From Armatimonadota bacterium (GTDB taxonomy: Bacteria > Sysuimicrobiota > Sysuimicrobiia > Sysuimicrobiales > Sysuimicrobiaceae): a stretch of 64,000 nucleotides of DNA. Of this stretch, positions 59,209 to 64,000 are shown piece after piece. Positions within the stretch are counted from its first letter, which is position 1. Every line of letters starts with the position of its first letter. Location: the NCBI GenBank assembly GCA_025060455.1, contig JANXBY010000019.1, positions 1,492-65,491 on the forward strand, read 5' to 3'. The notes beneath the pieces were generated by a model. The model had not been told where the DNA came from and searched no databases. It was given only the letters and a program-made list of their open reading frames with translations. A program made the position numbers and the translations under genes.

Positions 59209-60279
59209 TCACTGGGGCAGGATCAGCCGCAGGATGCGGTCGTCCGCGTCCGCGGGCCGCCCTCGGCCATCGCGGTTGCTGGTCAGGACGTACACCGCAC
59301 CGTCGGGCCCCTCTACCACGTCCCGGAGCCGCCCGAACCCCGACAGCACCACCTCCTGCCGCTCCACCCGGCTGCCGTCGTGGCTGAGGACGAAGGCGCG
59401 CAGGTGTGCTCCCCGCAGGTTGGCCACCAGCAGCCGGCCGCGCCAGCTCCCCCGCCGCACGAACTCCGCACCGGAAGGGGCCCAGGTGTCGTCCCCGCTG
59501 CACGCGAGCGGATCCACGAACTCCGGCCGGCTGCCCTCGCTGCACACCACCTCCGGCCACCCGTAGTTGGCCCCGGGCCGGATGAGGTTGACTTCGTCGT
59601 GCGCAAACCCCCGCTCCCCCGAAGGACCGTGCTCGGTGCTGTAGAGGCGGCGCGTCTGCGGGTGCCATGCCAACCCCTGCACGTTCCGGTGCCCCAGGGA
59701 GTAAACGGGGGAGCCAGGGAACGGGTTGTCCGCCGGGACGCCTCCGTCGGGGGTGACGCGCAGGATCTTGCCCGCCAGGGAGCGCGGGTCCTGGGCCAGG
59801 GACGGCTGGCGGGCGTCGCCCGTGCCCACGTACAGCATGCCGTCCGGTCCGAACCGGATGCGGCCACCGTCGTGCACGAAGGCGCCGGGGATGTCGTCCA
59901 CCACCACGCGGTCCCGCACCAGCCTGCCGCCCTGCTCCCGGAAACGCTCCACGCGGTTGCGCAGCCCGTCCTGCTGGTACGTGTAGTACAGGTACACGTA
60001 CGGGGGGTTGGGGAACCGGGGGTGCAGAGCGATCCCCAGCAGGCCCCCTTCGCCCACGTGCGCCACCGGCAGGATGGCCGCGGGCTGCGGGTCCACTCGG
60101 CCGTCCCGCACCACCCGCACGCGGCCCGGCCGCTCCGTCACGAAGGCGCGGCCGTCCGGAGCAAACGCCAGCGACCAAGGGATCTCCAGCCCCCGCACCC
60201 ACTCCACCACCTGCGGCCGTGCGGGGGATGTCGCCCCCAGGGTCAGGAACAGGCCCACAGCCGCCGCCAGCCAGCGCAT
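59209..60279 (-). CDS. PQQ-dependent sugar dehydrogenase (soluble GDH family), exported
   Basis: Signal peptide, GEGGLLG, HDGGRIRFGPDG, GHRNVQG and NYGWP motifs. Confidence 0.93.
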   Translation of the reverse strand: MRWLAAAVGLFLTLGATSPARPQVVEWVRGLEIPWSLAFAPDGRAFVTERPGRVRVVRDGRVDPQPAAILPVAHVGEGGLLGIALHPRFPNPPYVYLYYTYQQDGLRNRVERFREQGGRLVRDRVVVDDIPGAFVHDGGRIRFGPDGMLYVGTGDARQPSLAQDPRSLAGKILRVTPDGGVPADNPFPGSPVYSLGHRNVQGLAWHPQTRRLYSTEHGPSGERGFAHDEVNLIRPGANYGWPEVVCSEGSRPEFVDPLACSGDDTWAPSGAEFVRRGSWRGRLLVANLRGAHLRAFVLSHDGSRVERQEVVLSGFGRLRDVVEGPDGAVYVLTSNRDGRGRPADADDRILRLILPQ

Positions 60280-60387
60280 CCGCCACCTCCACCGGGTATT
60301 CTGCAGACCGCGTTTCGACGCTGCCGGAGGTTTTCCCCAGGAGGAGTTCCGCCCCTGGGGCCCCGAAGGCCTCCAAGGGGTGCTGCC

Positions 60388-61023
60388 ATGGACCTATTCC
60401 ACGCCCGGCTAATGCCGTACCTGGAGTCCCTGGTGCCCCCGCGGCACCCGGTGATGGAGGAGATGGAGGCCCGCGCCCGCGCCACCGGCTTCCCCATCGT
60501 GGGCCCCGCGGTGGGCCAGCTGTTCTACGTGCTCACCCGGCTGGCTGGGGCGCACCGGGTGTTCGAAATGGGCTCCGGGTTTGGCTACTCCACCGCGTGG
60601 TTCGCCCTGGCCGTGCGGGACAACGGGGGCGGAGAGGTGCACCACGTGGTGTGGGACGCTCAGCTTTCCCGGGACGCGCGCGGTTACCTGGACCGCATGG
60701 GGCTCCTGCCTGTGGTGCGGTTCCACGTGGCGGAGGCGGTGGCGCAGCTGGCTTCCATGGACGCCACCTTCGACGTGGTGTTCAACGATATCGAGAAGCC
60801 CGCCTACCCCGCGGCCCTGCCCGTGATCAAGGCCCGGCTCCGCCCTGGCGGGTTGCTGTTGGCGGACAACGTGCTGTGGTACGGACGGGTGCTGGACCGC
60901 CGGGCGCGGGACGAGGCCACGGAGGCCATCCGCGCCTTCACCCGCGCGGTGTCCGAGGACCCCGAGTTCGCCGCCACTGTGGTCCCCCTGCGCGACGGCG
61001 TGCTGGTGGCGTACCGGCGCTGA
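60388..61023 (+). CDS. O-methyltransferase (Methyltransf_3 family)
   Basis: FPIVGP, EMGSGFGYS, FNDIEK and ADNVLWYG motifs. Confidence 0.9.
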   Translation: MDLFHARLMPYLESLVPPRHPVMEEMEARARATGFPIVGPAVGQLFYVLTRLAGAHRVFEMGSGFGYSTAWFALAVRDNGGGEVHHVVWDAQLSRDARGYLDRMGLLPVVRFHVAEAVAQLASMDATFDVVFNDIEKPAYPAALPVIKARLRPGGLLLADNVLWYGRVLDRRARDEATEAIRAFTRAVSEDPEFAATVVPLRDGVLVAYRR

Positions 61024-61028
61024 GGGAC

Positions 61029-61745
61029 TCACCCCTCCCGGCGGAGGAGGTCGCGGAACCGCAGGGCGTCCTCCCACATGCTCACGTTGTTGAACAGGAC
61101 GTATGCGGGTGCCGTGCAACGCCCTCGCAGCTGCCGCAGGTCCTCCTCCGTGTACCGGTAGCGGTATCCGCCGCGCCCGTGGAGCCGGTAGTAGCGCACC
61201 CGCCCGTACACGCTGGGAGCGGCCAGCGGGTCGGTACAGTGGATCAGGTCCAGGTCCTGGCACAGCTGGCGCACCAACCCCTCGGGCCAGGGCCCCCGGG
61301 GCTCCCACGCGAGCTGCAGCCCGTCCCGGGGCGCGCGGCGGAAGAAACGCCGGAGGTTTTCCACGTGGGCCGGCGTGGGCGTGAAGCTGGCCGGGCACTG
61401 GAACACCACCACCGCGGCCCGCAGCGCCCGTGCCACCTCCAGGGTTCGGGCCCACGCCTCGTGGACTTCCTCGGTGGGCGCGAAGAACCCGTAGCGGTCC
61501 AGCTGGGACGCGGGGACCGGCCGGCTGAGACGCCGGTACGTGGGGCTGGTGGGCGGGTGGGTGACCAGCTGCCACGCCTTCAGGGTGAAGACGAACCCGT
61601 CCGGCACCCGGCGCCGCCAGCGCTCCGCCGTCCTCACCTGCGGAGGTTGGTAGAAGGTCTGCTGCACCTCCACCACGGGCAGCTCCCGCGCGTACTCCTC
61701 CAGTTTCCGCGCAAACCCGCAGCAGCCCACCCAGATGTGCTCCAC
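61029..61745 (-). CDS. DUF72 family protein (second, divergent copy)
   Basis: VGCCGF, VEVQQTFY, FQCPASF, WEPRG, YYRLHG and FNN motifs. Confidence 0.9.
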   Translation of the reverse strand: MEHIWVGCCGFARKLEEYARELPVVEVQQTFYQPPQVRTAERWRRRVPDGFVFTLKAWQLVTHPPTSPTYRRLSRPVPASQLDRYGFFAPTEEVHEAWARTLEVARALRAAVVVFQCPASFTPTPAHVENLRRFFRRAPRDGLQLAWEPRGPWPEGLVRQLCQDLDLIHCTDPLAAPSVYGRVRYYRLHGRGGYRYRYTEEDLRQLRGRCTAPAYVLFNNVSMWEDALRFRDLLRREG

Positions 61746-61818
61746 CCCGTGTGGGGTTCACCCATCCGCCGCGGGAAATCCTGCAGGGGAAGGGCAGGCC
61801 ACCTCGAACACGCCCACC

Positions 61819-62505
61819 GTGGCCGCCGGTGTGTGGCCCACCACCCGCGACGAGCTCCTCCGGGAGCAGGAGTGCCTGGGCAAGATGCGGCCCCTGCCGT
61901 GGAAGCCGGAGGGGACGTGGACGGCGGGCGCCTGCTTCGCCTGCTACCCCCTGGGGCGAGAGGGAGCCGGCGGGACGGGTGAGACGTGCTGGGCCGCCGC
62001 GGTGCTGTGGACTCCTGAAATGTCGCACCCAGTGGTGGTCGTCCAACGTGTGGAGGCTCCGTACGAGCCAGGGCTGCTGGCCCTCCGGGAGGGCCCCGTG
62101 CTGGAGGCCGCGGTCCGTCGGCTCCCCCGCCTTCCAGACGTGCTCCTGGTGGACGCCACCGGGCGGGACCACCCCCGGCGCGCCGGCCTTGCCCTCCACC
62201 TGGGCGCGGTGCTGGGAGTGCCCACCGTGGGCGTCACCGACCGCCCCCTGGTGGCGCGGGGGCCGGTGCCGGAAGACCGGCGCGGTGCCCGGAGTGCCCT
62301 GGTGCTGGAGGGCGAAGTGGTGGGCTACTGGGTCCGCACCCGGCCGCGGGTTCGCCCCGTGTGCGTGCACGCGGCATGGCGCACCGACCCGGAGACGGCT
62401 GTGGAGGTAGTGCTACAGTTGGCCGCCCGCTACCGCACCCCGGAGCCTGTCCGGCGGGCCCGGGAGGCTGCTCGGGCAGCCCGGGCCGGGCGCCTCGCCT
62501 ACTGA
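61819..62505 (+). CDS. nfi: Endonuclease V family protein, atypical active site
   Basis: PYEPGLLALREG, PDVLLVDATGRDHPRRAGLA and YRTPEP motifs; start uncertain (61819 or 61831). Confidence 0.8.
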   Translation: MAAGVWPTTRDELLREQECLGKMRPLPWKPEGTWTAGACFACYPLGREGAGGTGETCWAAAVLWTPEMSHPVVVVQRVEAPYEPGLLALREGPVLEAAVRRLPRLPDVLLVDATGRDHPRRAGLALHLGAVLGVPTVGVTDRPLVARGPVPEDRRGARSALVLEGEVVGYWVRTRPRVRPVCVHAAWRTDPETAVEVVLQLAARYRTPEPVRRAREAARAARAGRLAY

Positions 62506-63548
62506 CCCCTCACCTGCTTGAGGGCCGCCTCCACGAACCGCGTCTCGTACGTCTTCGCCAGGTCGATGCGCGCGCGTCCCACCTGCGGGTCGAACTGGGA
62601 CAGCACCCGCAGCACGTTGGCGGGGCCTGCCTCCAACATCCGGCCGTCCGGGGAGTACGACTGCAGCATGTTGCGCACCGCCCGGGTGTACACCTCGCGG
62701 TTACCCTGGTAGTACTCGGACGGCATCAGGTTCACGATGTCCTCCACGGAGTTCCGGGACCGGATCCACCGTAGGGCCTTCACCATGGCCACGGTGAGTG
62801 CCTGCACGGTGTTGGGGTTGCGGTCGATGAACTCGCCCGTGGCGTACAGGCACGCGGCCGGGTACGGACCTCCGAAGGTCCGCAGGGTCCCCGTGGTGGT
62901 CCGGGTGTCCGCGAGCACCACGATCTCCCCGCCCGACTCCAGCAGGGAGATCACCGGGTCCACGTGGGACAGGGCGTCCACCTGGCGGTTGCGCACCGCG
63001 GCCACCGCGGTGGCCCCCGCACCGATGCCCACCACGGAGAAGTCGCCCAGGGACGCCCCAGCCTTGGTCATGAGGAAGTTCGCGAAGAAGTGGGTACTGG
63101 AACCCGGGGCGGTCACCCCGATGCGCTTGCCCCGCAGGTCCAGGAAGGTGCGAGCCCCCGCGTCGTACGCGGCCTTCGTCACCGCCAGCACCAGTCCCGG
63201 GTAGCGCTGCTGCATCACGAAGGCCCGGATGTCCCGGCCCTGCGCCTGCATCTGGATCGTGTGGTCGTAGAACCCGCTCACCACGTCCGCGCTGCCGCCC
63301 ACCAGCGCCCGCAGGGCCTGTCCCCCACCCGCGAAGTTCTGGATGTCGATCTGGATGCCGGTCTCCCGGAGGTAGCCCAGCCGCTCCGCCACCGTGAGCG
63401 GCAGGTACACCAGCGCCTCCTTGCCACCCACCGCCAGCACCAGCCGGCTGCGCTCCGGTCGGCCCTGCTGGGCCGTGGCGGGCAGTGCCAGCGCCACCAC
63501 CAGTCCCAACGCCCACAGCCACACGCCTCGCGTGCGCACCACCACCAC
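62499..63548 (-). CDS. NitT/TauT-family ABC substrate-binding protein
   Basis: Signal peptide, YLPLTVAE, GFYDHTIQMQ and IGVTAPGSST motifs. Confidence 0.9.
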   Translation of the reverse strand: MVVVRTRGVWLWALGLVVALALPATAQQGRPERSRLVLAVGGKEALVYLPLTVAERLGYLRETGIQIDIQNFAGGGQALRALVGGSADVVSGFYDHTIQMQAQGRDIRAFVMQQRYPGLVLAVTKAAYDAGARTFLDLRGKRIGVTAPGSSTHFFANFLMTKAGASLGDFSVVGIGAGATAVAAVRNRQVDALSHVDPVISLLESGGEIVVLADTRTTTGTLRTFGGPYPAACLYATGEFIDRNPNTVQALTVAMVKALRWIRSRNSVEDIVNLMPSEYYQGNREVYTRAVRNMLQSYSPDGRMLEAGPANVLRVLSQFDPQVGRARIDLAKTYETRFVEAALKQVRGQ

Positions 63549-63552
63549 CTCC

Positions 63553-64000
63553 TCACACCACTTCTTCCACGTGGGCCGGCGGTTTCCATCTTAGCAGCCG
63601 CCGCTCCACCGACGTCACCAGCAGGTCCACGGCCAGCACGAACCCCGCCAGCACCACCAGCCCCGCGAACACCCCCGTGGTGTCGAACAGGGCCTCCGCC
63701 TGCTGGATGAGGTAGCCCAGGCCCCGGGCCGACCCGAGGTACTCTCCCACCACCGCGCCCACCAGGGCCAGCCCCACGCTGGTGTGCAGGCTGCTCAGGA
63801 TCCAGACCAGGGCCGAGGGAAGCAGCACGTGCCGGACCAGGTCTCCCTCCGTGGCACCCAACATCCGGGCGTTGTTCAACACGTTACGGTCCACCTCCCG
63901 GACCCCCTGGTAGGTGTTGAAGAACACCACGAAGAACACCAGGGTTACGCCGAAGGCCACCTTGGACAGTACGCCCAGACCGAACCACAAGGTGAAGATG
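63553..64000 (-). CDS. NitT/TauT-family ABC permease, partial (5' end outside window)
   Basis: WFGLG, ARMLGA (EAA-like loop) and GAVVGEYLGSARGLGYLI motifs. Confidence 0.9.
   Translation of the reverse strand, partial: IFTLWFGLGVLSKVAFGVTLVFFVVFFNTYQGVREVDRNVLNNARMLGATEGDLVRHVLLPSALVWILSSLHTSVGLALVGAVVGEYLGSARGLGYLIQQAEALFDTTGVFAGLVVLAGFVLAVDLLVTSVERRLLRWKPPAHVEEVV

Noticed and set aside
57895-61023. 1042 aa ORF as one giant protein (similarly 23313-25661, 39145-41160, 53959-55671, 55104-57206 and 55578-57356)
   Set aside because: Only the C-terminal part of each is a real gene; the upstream extensions overlap other genes and are stop-free by chance.

Overview
A very GC-rich (about 70% by eye), densely coding bacterial chromosome segment. 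The gene styles (zinc-ribbon sigma-54, Chloroflexi-like ECF sigma, insertion-bearing LigD, HEPN/MNT pair) suggest a thermophilic Terrabacteria lineage such as Armatimonadota/CSP1-3 or Chloroflexota; this assignment is inference only. Left to right it holds tRNA-Cys, folP-folE-FecCD permease, hisC, a Liv-type ABC operon, an eroded EamA gene and uvrC. Next is a long minus-strand replication/repair string (dnaE, HEPN, MNT, polA, Nudix-MOSC, coaE, uvrB, VOC, uvrA, lhr), then gabT, gatCAB, an NtrC-like activator coupled to rpoN, LysR, a frameshifted arginase, a TRAP permease, cobB and rlmD. The right end has an NHEJ string (epimerase, ku, DUF72, VOC, ligD), an ECF sigma factor, a GH1 glycosidase, a PQQ sugar dehydrogenase, a second DUF72, an EndoV variant and a TauT-type ABC transporter. 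I saw no prophage, integrase, transposase or cas genes. Four observations stand out: (1) an exact 28 bp repeat / 33 bp insert / 28 bp repeat scar with type I-E Cas1-Cas2 integration geometry inside a pseudogene; (2) a fused, apparently catalytically dead MNT-HEPN protein behind a LysR box and upstream of a kinase-less NtrC-rpoN pair; (3) a Nudix-MOSC fusion in the usual mutM slot between polA and coaE; (4) repeated embedding of DUF72 and VOC genes in repair loci. Start codons were chosen by eye, and all family calls come from motif recognition rather than database searches.
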